From contig JBMNJG010000002.1 in NCBI GenBank assembly GCA_050951545.1, positions 32,001 through 96,000 on the forward strand: DNA of 64,000 nt, given 5' to 3'. Source of the DNA: Limnochordia bacterium (lineage in GTDB: Bacteria; Bacillota; Limnochordia; DTU080). This document shows, piece by piece, positions 17,698-27,224 of this stretch. The notes under the pieces were generated by a model, which was given only the letters and a program-made list of their open reading frames with translations, made no database searches and was not told the DNA's origin. A program made the translations under genes and the position numbers. Positions within the stretch are counted from its first letter, which is position 1, and each line of letters opens with the position of its first letter.

Positions 17698-19584
17698 CTA
17701 ACGCACCACCATCTGGCTTCCCGAGACAATGCGGCCCTGCACATAACAACCCACACCCATTCCTGGCCGACCGTTGAAGTACAGACGCTCCTCGTCAAGT
17801 TCTTCAATCTGAGACAATCGGCCATCGAGAAACATGCCTACCAGGGTTATGGCGCTGTCAATACGAGCAAGCAACGCGCCGTAGCGCATATCGAGTACAT
17901 CCCAGCCAAACGGCTTGTACAGGGCCAGCCACTGATCGCGATGGCAGTCTCGCAGGTTCTTGACGCGTGCGGCAAGCTCGGGCAACTCAGTATCTGCCAG
18001 ATGGCGTAGCGCCTCACGGTCGCCCGCCCGATAGGCTTGTGTGAGCCGCAGGCCCATCTCTGCTTTTGAGGATAATACGCGACTGACCCGAGACACGTAT
18101 TCGAAAAGCATGTTGTACTGCCCGTTTCGACCGCAGCCTGCCTGCAGCGTCTGGGTCAGTTGAGCATAGTGCTCCGACAAGGGTACGCCCTCTAGGTGTT
18201 TGTCAAAGAGGCCCATGAGGAGGTCTTGATACATCAGGAACTTACTGGCATTACCGCTGCCTGCGCCAGGGATCTCATCTAGATACTTGATGTTGATAAA
18301 GTCATCGTAACAAGCACCTGTACAGAACTCAAAGCGACGCTGCAATTTGTCTTGATCTAGGCCCTCGGCATAGCCGTGTTCTGCAAACAGCTGCATACCA
18401 AGCAGGGTGGCATAGATATGACACTCGCTGCCATAGCCGCCCCATGTGGTGGCGAATACTTCCCTGATGCCCTCCTGCTTGCAGGCATTGAGCGCAGCGT
18501 TGGTGGTCCGAAAACTGGCATTCCAGTTGACGGCAAAGCTAGTCCAGTTCCAGATGCCACCAGCGAAAATGGGATCTGAACCAAACTCGCGATGCCGCTT
18601 GATGTACTCACGATAGAACCCTTCATCATAGTGGTAGTAATCCCAGTAGACTAACTGCACACCAGCAGGCATGGCGGCAAGCACATGAGGAGGAATGGCG
18701 GCATCGAGATCATAATAACCGCCTGTTTTTGAGGCTGCCCGGAAGTACATATCACTCCAGATCATGGGCTTTAGGCCGTGCTTCTCCACAATCTGCAGCA
18801 CTCGGGCCAAATGCTCATTCATCAGATCAAACTTACTACGCAAGCCATGCTGCCGGAAATAGGCGCCCAGGCCCAAGCGCAAAGCCTCGTCCATGCCAAT
18901 GTGGATGCGCTTGCTACGAAAAGGCTCAGAGGCAGCTACGATTAGCCGCTCAATAAACTCGTAGACCTTCTCGTTTCCGACTAGCAATGTGGTATCGTCA
19001 TCTTTCATCGCGGCATAGGCTGGCCACTGTAACACAGTAGTAAGGTGAGCCAGTGTTTGCATGCAGGGAATCATCTCGATGCCAAAAAGGGCAGCGAAGT
19101 CGTCGCACTCTTTGAGTTCGTCAGCGGTATATCTGCCGCGCATGTAACCGAAGTAGGGTTCACCTTCCACCACGTAGTTGTCCTCGGTGTATAGCATGAA
19201 CATGTTGAGGCCCATCATGGCCATGCGCTTAAGGATGTTCTTGACAGTGGCCACCTGGGGTACAGCGTTGTTCTGAGAGACATCGAACATCGCTCCGTTG
19301 GTGGTAAACTGAGGCACTTCGGTGATCGATATCTCCTGACTACCAGCCCCTAGCTCCTCGAGTAGCAAACCAAGGCCACGGAAGAAATGCGCTCTCTCCG
19401 AGTAGCGAATCTCCGCCCGATCGCCTCGTTTGTTGACACAAATGGGCGAACCAGCGTGTTGCTCGACATGGACCAAGAGCCCATCAGGCGAAAGGTCGAA
19501 GTTGAAGTCGGGTGCAAGCAAGCGAACACCATCCATACAGTCTTGGATATCACCCTGCAGGTTTATGCGTTGGTAGGCATGCAT
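17698..19584 (-). CDS. GH20 beta-N-acetylhexosaminidase (GcnA/HexD-like, cytoplasmic)
   Basis: GAMFDVSQN, LYTED, PCMQTLAHL, catalytic HIGMDEA, IWSDMYF, VYWDYY; no signal peptide. Confidence 0.9.
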   Translation of the reverse strand: MHAYQRINLQGDIQDCMDGVRLLAPDFNFDLSPDGLLVHVEQHAGSPICVNKRGDRAEIRYSERAHFFRGLGLLLEELGAGSQEISITEVPQFTTNGAMFDVSQNNAVPQVATVKNILKRMAMMGLNMFMLYTEDNYVVEGEPYFGYMRGRYTADELKECDDFAALFGIEMIPCMQTLAHLTTVLQWPAYAAMKDDDTTLLVGNEKVYEFIERLIVAASEPFRSKRIHIGMDEALRLGLGAYFRQHGLRSKFDLMNEHLARVLQIVEKHGLKPMIWSDMYFRAASKTGGYYDLDAAIPPHVLAAMPAGVQLVYWDYYHYDEGFYREYIKRHREFGSDPIFAGGIWNWTSFAVNWNASFRTTNAALNACKQEGIREVFATTWGGYGSECHIYATLLGMQLFAEHGYAEGLDQDKLQRRFEFCTGACYDDFINIKYLDEIPGAGSGNASKFLMYQDLLMGLFDKHLEGVPLSEHYAQLTQTLQAGCGRNGQYNMLFEYVSRVSRVLSSKAEMGLRLTQAYRAGDREALRHLADTELPELAARVKNLRDCHRDQWLALYKPFGWDVLDMRYGALLARIDSAITLVGMFLDGRLSQIEELDEERLYFNGRPGMGVGCYVQGRIVSGSQMVVR

Positions 19585-19607
19585 CGAGCCCAGACCCCCC
19601 GTGAAAC

Positions 19608-21500
19608 TCATTGTCTGCTGACAGACGTAATGCGCTCTTGCCGAATGCAGGTCACGTTCAACCCGGATTGGCCATTGAAAGAGAGTCGCTCCTGTTCTAA
19701 CTCAGCGATACGGGACAGTCGACCATCCAGGTAGCGGCTAATCTGCTCGCTGGCGCTGTCGATGCGCGCTAGAAGAGCGCCATACCTCATGTCCATGATG
19801 TCCCAGCCAAATGCCTTGTACAGCATCAGCCACTGGTCGCGATGACAGGCCCGTAGATCCCGCACTCGTCGGGTGAGTTCCGACAACTCCGTATCCACTA
19901 AGCGCTGCAACTCTTGCCTGTGACCTGCTCGGTAGGCCCGAGTAATCCTGATACCCATGTCGGCCTTCAAGGCTAACACATGACTAACGCGGGAGAGATA
20001 CTCAAAGACCAGGCCATACTCTCCGTTGCGGTTGATCCCCTCTTGTAGCGTCTGAGTGAGCTCAGAGTAATGTTGGGCTAGCGGCAAGCCGACAATGTGG
20101 TAATCAAAAAGGCCTGTAAGGAGATCTTGCCACATCAGATATTTGCTGGGATTGCTGCGCTTCAAGTTGCCAGGTTCTGTGCCTGGCACTTCATCTAGAT
20201 AGGTGATGTTCACGAAATCCTCAAAGCAGCCCCCCGTACAGAACTCGAAACGGCGTTGTAGTTTCCCCATGGAGAGCTGGCGTGCGTAGCCATGCTCAGC
20301 ATAGAGCTGCATTCCTAGGAGCGTTGCATAGATGGTACACTCGGTGCCAAATCCGCCCCACATGGTGGTGAATACTTCCTTCAGACCTTCTTGCTTGCAG
20401 GCATTGAGTGCAGCGTTGGTGGTAGCCAACGTTTTGCCCCAATTGACAGTGAAGCTAATCCAGCTCCATACGCAGCCAGCAAACAATGGATCTGAGCCAA
20501 ACTGACGATGCCGCCTGATGTACTCACGGTAAGACGCCTCGTCGGTGTGGTTGTAATCCCAGTAGACCAGTTGCACACCTTGGGGCATGGCAGCGATCAC
20601 TTCCGCCGGAATGCTGGCGTTGAGATCATAGTAACTGCCCCAAGGTGAAGCCGCCCGGAAGTACATATCACTCCAGATCATGGGCTTTAGACCGTGTTTC
20701 TCCACAATCTGAAGCACTTCGGCCAAGTGCTCATTCATCAAGTCGAACTTGCTGCGCAGGCCTTGCTGTTGCAGAGTAGTACCCAATCCCAGCTTCCACG
20801 CTTCATCCATACCAATGTGGATACGCTTGCTGCGAAATGGGGCCGAAGCTGCCACAACCATGCGCTCGACGAATTCGTACACTTTGTCGCTGCCTACCAG
20901 AAGCGTGCTCTCATCTTCTCGCATGTCGGTATAAGGTGGCCATTTGAGCACGTTGGTGAGGTGAGCCAGCGTTTGCATGCAGGGAATCATCTCGATGCCA
21001 AACAGAGCAGCAAACTCGTCGCACTCTTTGAGTTCATCGAAGGTGTACTTGCTGCGGGCATAGCCGAAATACGGCTCGCCTTCAACGACATAGTTGTCTT
21101 CAGTGTAGAGCATGAACATATTGAGACCCATCACAGCCATACGCTTGAGGATGCTTTTCACCGTAGCGACACGGGGCACGGCGTTTCCTTGCGAAACATC
21201 GAACATGGCCCCGTTAGTAGCAAACTGTGGCTCTTCAGTAATGGATATCTCCTGGAACCCCGCCTGTAGTTGCTCAAGGAGCAACCCGAAAGCACGGAAA
21301 AAGTGCACCTTCTCTGCATAGCGAATGGCAGCCTGGTTGCCCTGCTTACTTACGACGATCGGGCTTCCATCGCGTTGCTCCACCTGTACACAGAGCCCGT
21401 CTGGGGCCAGCTCGAAGTAGTAGTCAGGAGCTAGATGCTGCAGGCCCTCCAAGCAGTCTTGGATATCACCTTGCAGGTTTAACCGACAGATTGGTTTCAT
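19608..21500 (-). CDS. GH20 beta-N-acetylhexosaminidase, tandem paralogue
   Basis: Same motifs (HIGMDEAW); GGAGG RBS before MKPICR. Confidence 0.9.
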   Translation of the reverse strand: MKPICRLNLQGDIQDCLEGLQHLAPDYYFELAPDGLCVQVEQRDGSPIVVSKQGNQAAIRYAEKVHFFRAFGLLLEQLQAGFQEISITEEPQFATNGAMFDVSQGNAVPRVATVKSILKRMAVMGLNMFMLYTEDNYVVEGEPYFGYARSKYTFDELKECDEFAALFGIEMIPCMQTLAHLTNVLKWPPYTDMREDESTLLVGSDKVYEFVERMVVAASAPFRSKRIHIGMDEAWKLGLGTTLQQQGLRSKFDLMNEHLAEVLQIVEKHGLKPMIWSDMYFRAASPWGSYYDLNASIPAEVIAAMPQGVQLVYWDYNHTDEASYREYIRRHRQFGSDPLFAGCVWSWISFTVNWGKTLATTNAALNACKQEGLKEVFTTMWGGFGTECTIYATLLGMQLYAEHGYARQLSMGKLQRRFEFCTGGCFEDFVNITYLDEVPGTEPGNLKRSNPSKYLMWQDLLTGLFDYHIVGLPLAQHYSELTQTLQEGINRNGEYGLVFEYLSRVSHVLALKADMGIRITRAYRAGHRQELQRLVDTELSELTRRVRDLRACHRDQWLMLYKAFGWDIMDMRYGALLARIDSASEQISRYLDGRLSRIAELEQERLSFNGQSGLNVTCIRQERITSVSRQ

Positions 21501-21593
21501 GGCTGGCAGACCTCCGTGGTTAACACTCATGTGACGCGAGATGCTTCTCCACGGAGAGCTGGGAATCCTATGGCAGCAAATCACAGGGACTGC

Positions 21594-21818
21594 AGATATC
21601 CCATCCCCTATGGCGCAGAAGGTCGTTAAGCAGGCCGTCATTCTGGCTCTGGTCTAGTTCCGGGTTCATGGAAACGAGGTTGTAGCGCACTGCCCGGCGA
21701 TCAAGGGCCAGGGGAACGAGTTGGTTAGCCAGTCCCCGGTTCGAGTGCGTTACTGCCGTTGAAACACAAGAGGATGGTCCACTTGCTCCGGGAACAGTTG
21801 ACCATCCTCACCACCACC
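21594..21818 (-). pseudogene. Internally deleted remnant of a clostripain-family paralogue
   Basis: Reads VVRMVNCSRSKWTILLCFNGSNALEP..stop, then QLVPLALDRRAVRYNLVSMNPELDQSQNDGLLNDLLRHRGWDI. These are the N- and C-termini of 23181-24410 with about 1 kb missing. Confidence 0.85.
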
Positions 21819-21837
21819 TAAGAGTCTTGTCGTGGCG

Positions 21838-22881
21838 TCATTGGCATTCTAACCACTTGATGCCTCGGCTACGACCGGGAACGGGAACAAAAACAGTGAT
21901 AAATGCAGACTCCCAGTAGTAGATCATCTGACTGCTATCCACGGCAGTGATGCTGAAAAGGTAGTCTCCCGGGGCTGTTCCCGAAGGCACCGTGATGGTG
22001 ATAGCAAATGGCGCATCCACTCCAGTTAGCCCACTATACGAGGATGGAACGCTGGTGAGCCAGGGTTCAAATCCGAAACTGGCCTCCAAGTGCAGATTAT
22101 CAATCGTCAGCTGGGTAAGGGCAGCCTTGATGGCGCCTACCACCTGATTAACGAAGTCTGCTGTGTTGAGTTGGAAGGCATGACCACCTGTAATGCCTGT
22201 CCAGTACCCCCAGTACTCTAGTGCCCCGCTCGACGCATGAGCTTCGATTAGTGTAATGCGGTTGCCTGCCATGGCAGCCAAGACCTGCTGCAGATCCAGA
22301 TCATCGGGGGTATCCTGCTTTTCATCTCGGCCCGGGTCACCCCCGGTCGACCATGGCGGATAGCCTTCGCGGCCTGGAACACCTTCGTTGAGATTGCAGT
22401 CGTGAGGAACACTATCGGCGAAATTGACCAGAATCCTTTTCGCAGAAGCACGCCAGCTGACGTTGGGATCGGCATAGCTCTCGTAGAATACGCGGGTGTA
22501 ACACTGGGGAGAATCCCCGCCGTTTCCCAGTGCGAGACCATTAATGGTGTTCGCCACCGCCTCTCTATCTGCTGTAACAGCTCGATCCACACGGTAGGGA
22601 TAGTCCCCGGCGCTCCCGTAGCATGCGCTGTACCCGCAATAGTCATCGTAGCAATGTGGGTAATCCATATAGGAAATAACACCATAGTTAATATCAATGC
22701 CCAAGGCATCAAGTTGGGCCATTAGTTCTGCAGCCTTGGACTTCGCCGTATCGATAACAGTCGTCATAGTACTAGCAAGGCCAAACGCAAAGACTACGTC
22801 GGCCATGGGCGAAAACAAAGGAATACCCACTACCCTATTTTCGCTGGTCGACATACCCGCCTGTAACGTAGCCTTTATCAT
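21838..22881 (-). CDS. vWA-domain protein copy B (degenerate MIDAS) with Ig-like C-terminal domain and SRGIKW tail
   Basis: Paralogue of 24421-25464; DVVFAFGLASTM in place of DVVFAFDLTGSM. Confidence 0.8.
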   Translation of the reverse strand: MIKATLQAGMSTSENRVVGIPLFSPMADVVFAFGLASTMTTVIDTAKSKAAELMAQLDALGIDINYGVISYMDYPHCYDDYCGYSACYGSAGDYPYRVDRAVTADREAVANTINGLALGNGGDSPQCYTRVFYESYADPNVSWRASAKRILVNFADSVPHDCNLNEGVPGREGYPPWSTGGDPGRDEKQDTPDDLDLQQVLAAMAGNRITLIEAHASSGALEYWGYWTGITGGHAFQLNTADFVNQVVGAIKAALTQLTIDNLHLEASFGFEPWLTSVPSSYSGLTGVDAPFAITITVPSGTAPGDYLFSITAVDSSQMIYYWESAFITVFVPVPGRSRGIKWLECQ

Positions 22882-23180
22882 AGGGCATACCTCTTTCTAC
22901 TAGCCTAGTGTACCGAAAAGCAGCTTCCCAAGTGGCGTTGGCACGCATCGCGTTCTTGCCAGTACATCCTACGCGCTGTGCGACAGACGTGAATGAGTAC
23001 GAAGGCCCAACCCCGCGATATTGATTGTCCAACGCGATGCCCAGTGATCACACAACTGCTGGGTACTGTGTCCGTCTGTTTGAGCAGGATTTGGGATCTG
23101 TGTAAGTCTCTGTGGAGCCCCCCACGCAAACCACGCTCCCATAGGTCTGTGGGCGAGTTCAGACCCATGCTGGTCGCATT

Positions 23181-24410
23181 CTATATATCCCATCCCTTAT
23201 GGCGCAGAAGTTCGTCAAGCAGGCTGTCAATCTGGCTCTCGTTCAGTGCCGGATTCATAGAAGCGAGATTGCTACGCACTACCCGGCGATCAAGGGCCAG
23301 GGGAAGGAGTTCGTGGTGAGCACTAGGTGCTGGGGGCGTGTATGTCGTGCCAGCCTTCCCCTGCAGCATCTCAAACCAGAGATTGGATTGGCCAAACGCC
23401 AGGCGGTGATAGAGCCTGACTTTGTCGGGGTCATCAAGAAGACTCACCGCCACAGTGATTGGCGCTGAGAGCTCGTCAGTAGCTTTGCAGCAGATAATCA
23501 GTGATGACAGACATTCCCGAAGCTCTGCAGCTACAGCGTACCACGGATCATCGCGGTGTGGGGTGTTCACCAGCCGCGACAATGGCGGCCCACTGCCCTG
23601 CCCACTATCTAGGTACATGGCGGCCAGATCACTGAAAAGCTGCTTGAGCGCGGGCGATCTGTGTCGGAGTCCAAACGGTAGGCAACCAGGTCTGCGGGAA
23701 ATGGCCTCGACAATCTGCCGGCAGGCATCCATCGGCCCATTCCCATATACGTTTTCCCTCATTACACGAATCAGTTGGGAGTAGGGCATCCCTCCTAGCG
23801 GTGCCTGGCCAGCATGAGTAATGACCGCTCTGGTGCAGCAACCCTCTCCGCCGATTTCATAGAGAACCTCAATGCAGTTACAGTAGCAGCTATCCAGAAC
23901 CAGTATGTCAATCTCCTTGCTCAGGCGCTGGCCAACCAGACGTAGACTAGCAGCCATCTCTGGGATCCCCAGGATATATGGCTTCTCCTGGCTGTAGTCC
24001 GTCATGATACCGACATACTGGTAGCCATGTCCGCTCAAGACCAGCATGTAGTGGTCAGCCGGATAAGCTTGCATACCCCAAGACAGGAAGTCGCAGAGTT
24101 GCCGTGGATCCGCCATATTGACCTTGTCGAGTTGCTGCACCAGTACTGGCTTTCCCCTTGCCAACTGATAGCGCCTTACTCCAAGCCACCTCGCAGCCTC
24201 GAGCGGAATACCATCGGATGGACGCATGAGTCTAGCCAGCCTCCGATCCTCCCTGCCTAACTGCAACACGACGCGGATATTAACGCCGGCATCAACTGAT
24301 GCTGCCAGTGCCTTCGCATTCCACATCTCCGGCTCGAGTTCGTTGTTGCCATTAAAGTACAAGAGGATGGTCCACTTGCTCTGGGAACAGTTGACCATCC
24401 TCAACACCAC
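23181..24410 (-). CDS. Clostripain-family (C11) cysteine peptidase with no signal peptide
   Basis: KWTILLYFNGNNELE, VNMADP, YPADHYMLVLSGHG (catalytic His-Gly), DILVLDSC (catalytic Cys), IEVLYE. Confidence 0.88.
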   Translation of the reverse strand: MVLRMVNCSQSKWTILLYFNGNNELEPEMWNAKALAASVDAGVNIRVVLQLGREDRRLARLMRPSDGIPLEAARWLGVRRYQLARGKPVLVQQLDKVNMADPRQLCDFLSWGMQAYPADHYMLVLSGHGYQYVGIMTDYSQEKPYILGIPEMAASLRLVGQRLSKEIDILVLDSCYCNCIEVLYEIGGEGCCTRAVITHAGQAPLGGMPYSQLIRVMRENVYGNGPMDACRQIVEAISRRPGCLPFGLRHRSPALKQLFSDLAAMYLDSGQGSGPPLSRLVNTPHRDDPWYAVAAELRECLSSLIICCKATDELSAPITVAVSLLDDPDKVRLYHRLAFGQSNLWFEMLQGKAGTTYTPPAPSAHHELLPLALDRRVVRSNLASMNPALNESQIDSLLDELLRHKGWDI

Positions 24411-24420
24411 CTTGGGGTTT

Positions 24421-25464
24421 CTACCACGTGATGCCTCGGCTACGACCGGGAACAGTAATGGTTACCAATTGCTCGCCGTAGCTCACTCCACTGCTATCCA
24501 CGGCAGTGATGGTGAAGCTGTAGACTCCCGGGGTGGTTCCCGGCGGCACCGTAATGGTGATAACAAACGGCACATCCAATCCAGTTGGCCCACTGTATGA
24601 GGGTGGAACCACACTGACTAGCCAGGATTCATATCCAGCACTCGCCTCCAAGTGCAGATCATCAACCGTCGGCTGTGTGAGAGCAGCTTGGATGGCGGCT
24701 ACCACCTGAGCAACGAAGTTGGCGGTGTCGAGTTGGAAGGTGTCACCACCTGTGATGCCTGTCCAATACTCCCAGTACTCCAGGGCAAAGTCTGACGCAT
24801 GGGCTTCGATTAGTATAACGCCGTTGGCTACCATGTCAGCCAAGACCTGCTGCAGATCCAGATCATCGGCGGTGTCCTGGAGTTCGTCTCGGCCCGGGTC
24901 ACCTCCGGTCGACCATGGCGGATCGCCTTCGTGGCCTGGAACACCTTCGTTCAGGCTGCAGTCGTGAGGAACGTTATCGGCGAAGTTGACCAGTATTCTC
25001 TTGGCACCGGGACGCCAGCTGACGTTGGGATCGGCATAGCTCTCGTAGAATATGCGGGTGTAATCCTGGGGGCTATCCTCGCCAAATCCCAGTACGAGAC
25101 CGTTAATGGTGTTCACCACTGCTGTTCTGTCTGCTGTAACAGCTTGATCCAGATTGTAGGCATAATCTCCCGCTGCTGCGTCACCGTAGCATGCGGTGTA
25201 CCCGCAGTAATCAGTGTAGCAATGTGGGTAATCCATATAGGAAATAACACCGTAGTTGATATCGATGCCAAGAGCATCCAGTTGGGTCATTAGTGCTTCG
25301 GCCTGGTTTTTGGCGGTATCGATAACATTCGTCATACTACCAGTAAGGTCAAACGCAAAGACCACGTCAGCCTGGGGCGGAAGCATGGGAACACCTACTA
25401 CCTTATCCTCGCTAATCGACATACCCGCCTGTAACGTAGCCATCAGTGTTGAGGGGGTTATCAT
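24421..25464 (-). CDS. vWA-domain protein copy A with Ig-like C-terminal domain and SRGITW tail
   Basis: DVVFAFDLTGSM MIDAS, GVISYMDY, WRPGAKRILVNFADNVPH; TITVPPGTTPGVYSFTITA Ig strand; no signal peptide. Confidence 0.85.
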   Translation of the reverse strand: MITPSTLMATLQAGMSISEDKVVGVPMLPPQADVVFAFDLTGSMTNVIDTAKNQAEALMTQLDALGIDINYGVISYMDYPHCYTDYCGYTACYGDAAAGDYAYNLDQAVTADRTAVVNTINGLVLGFGEDSPQDYTRIFYESYADPNVSWRPGAKRILVNFADNVPHDCSLNEGVPGHEGDPPWSTGGDPGRDELQDTADDLDLQQVLADMVANGVILIEAHASDFALEYWEYWTGITGGDTFQLDTANFVAQVVAAIQAALTQPTVDDLHLEASAGYESWLVSVVPPSYSGPTGLDVPFVITITVPPGTTPGVYSFTITAVDSSGVSYGEQLVTITVPGRSRGITW

Positions 25465-25680
25465 AGGGCATACCTCTTTCTATTGGTCCAGCATACCTAA
25501 CAACAGGTTCCCGAGTGGCACTGGCATGCATCGCGATCTTGCCGGTACATCCTACGCGCTGTGTGCCACAGGCGCATGAGTACGAAGGCTCAACTTTGCG
25601 ATATTGGTCCTTTGGTGGGATGCTACCCGGACCTGGGTAACGGCCCGCAGGAAAGCGTGGAACTAGCATACCTCTCAGCA

Positions 25681-25734
25681 AAGTGGCGGGGCCGGCGTGC
25701 ACGAAACAGCGCGTCGACCCTGTCATTTCAGGTC
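25681..25734 (+). repeat. Diverged copy of the 17594-17648 terminator segment
   Basis: AAGTGGCGGGGCCGGCGTGCACGAAACAGCGCGTCGACCCTGTCATTTCAGGTC versus AAATGGCAAGGGCCGATATGCAGGAGACAGCACGTCGGCCTTTTCATTTCTGGTC. Confidence 0.6.
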
Positions 25735-25840
25735 ACCCAATTATTTACCGTCCAATGCCAAATATCACTATACTATCATCAAGACCTTATTCCGGACAAG
25801 ATCCACCAATTGGTGTCTGACTAGACCACTGAGGAGGCAG

Positions 25841-27134
25841 ATGATGAACACAAACAAGACGATCTGCACTGCGGCTATAGCCTGCATGATGGTCATACTG
25901 TCGGCGCTGCCATGCATCTGGGCTGCGGAAACCACACTAGTTGTTGCCACTCGACACGCGCCAAGCGACCCCGATCTGTTGGCTCTCGCTGAAGCCTTCG
26001 AAAAGGGACACCCTAACGTGAAGATCGACTTTATCTGGGAAGCGTGCATGAGCGACCAAGTCACCCATCCTCATACAGCTAAGCTGATGACCATGGTAGC
26101 CGGAGGCATCCCACCTGATGTTTCCTACGTTGGGGGCCAGAACGTATCACAGTACGCGTTGCAGGGGCTCCTTCGGCCGCTTGATGAGTACATTCGCCGA
26201 TCCCAGCTACAACCTAGTGACTTCATTCCTCCCGCCTGGCGGCAGACACAGTGGAATGGCAAGACCTATGCGATGACCATCCAAGTGGATCCGAACTTCG
26301 CGCTAGTCTGGAACAAGCTCCTGTTTGGTGAAGCTGGTCTCGATACCGAGCGCGGTCCCGCCACGATTGCTGAGTACGAATCGTTCTTCCGCAAACTGAC
26401 CCGAACAGACTCAGGTGGTGTGACCTCTCACCTGGGTGCTGCACCGTGGGACTGCTACGGCAATTCGAACACCCTGTTTACCTGGGGTTGGGCTTTCGGC
26501 GGCCAGTTCTACGATGAGGCCACGAGAAAAGTAACCGCGGCACACCCACGCATCATCGAAAGCCTCGAGTGGATGCGTAGCTATCACCAGCGTTTTAACG
26601 GCTTCGCGATCGCCAACTTCCCCAACAATAGGCTGGCCATGCGCCCGGCTGTCTCAGCGAACTTCCGCACGTGGGTCACGCAACTTCCCTGACATCCCGC
26701 TCGGAATCGGACGCATGCCCTACAAAGAAGGCGTCGGCATCACCCACGCCGAATGGATTGGCGGTTGGGCCATTGGCATTTTGCCCCAAAGTACGGAGCC
26801 TGACGTGGCCTGGGAGTTTGTGCGCTATTTCACTGCTTCGGTGGAAGGCACAACCAACTATGCCCGCTCCTCTGGTTGGATCCCTGCGTACTTGCGCTCG
26901 CAGATCTTCCGTGAGTTCTCGCGAGACCCGGCTGTAGCAGTCTACCTGGATATCGCGCAATCGGCCACAAATATCCGGCCCCCGATGCCAGCGATTATTG
27001 ATTACTTCGAGGAGCTTGACATCTGCATGAAAGACGTGCTGGCTGGACAAATCCAGCCACCTGCTGCTCTACAACGGACGCAGGAGCGCGCACAGCGTCA
27101 TCTTGATGAGGCTCTGAGCTCTCTCGCCCACTGA
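25841..27134 (+). CDS. ABC sugar-binding protein split by a +1 frameshift at 26687-26692 (pseudogene, sequencing error or recoding)
   Basis: GAGGAGG RBS; N-terminal ORF ends CTT CCC TGA; the +1 frame continues PDIPLGIGRMPY...AWEFVRY, completing a normal SBP. Confidence 0.8.
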
Positions 27135-27224
27135 TGCCACTGAGATCAGACTCGTCTTCACGCAGTGCCCAGCGACCACACAGCTGCTGGGCACTACGCT
27201 CGTAACAGGGGGGGTACGCCTAAG

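Noticed and set aside
25804-25830. CACCAATTGGTG / TGGT..AGACCA as a GntR/NagR operator
   Set aside because: Poor match and single occurrence; no regulator gene nearby.
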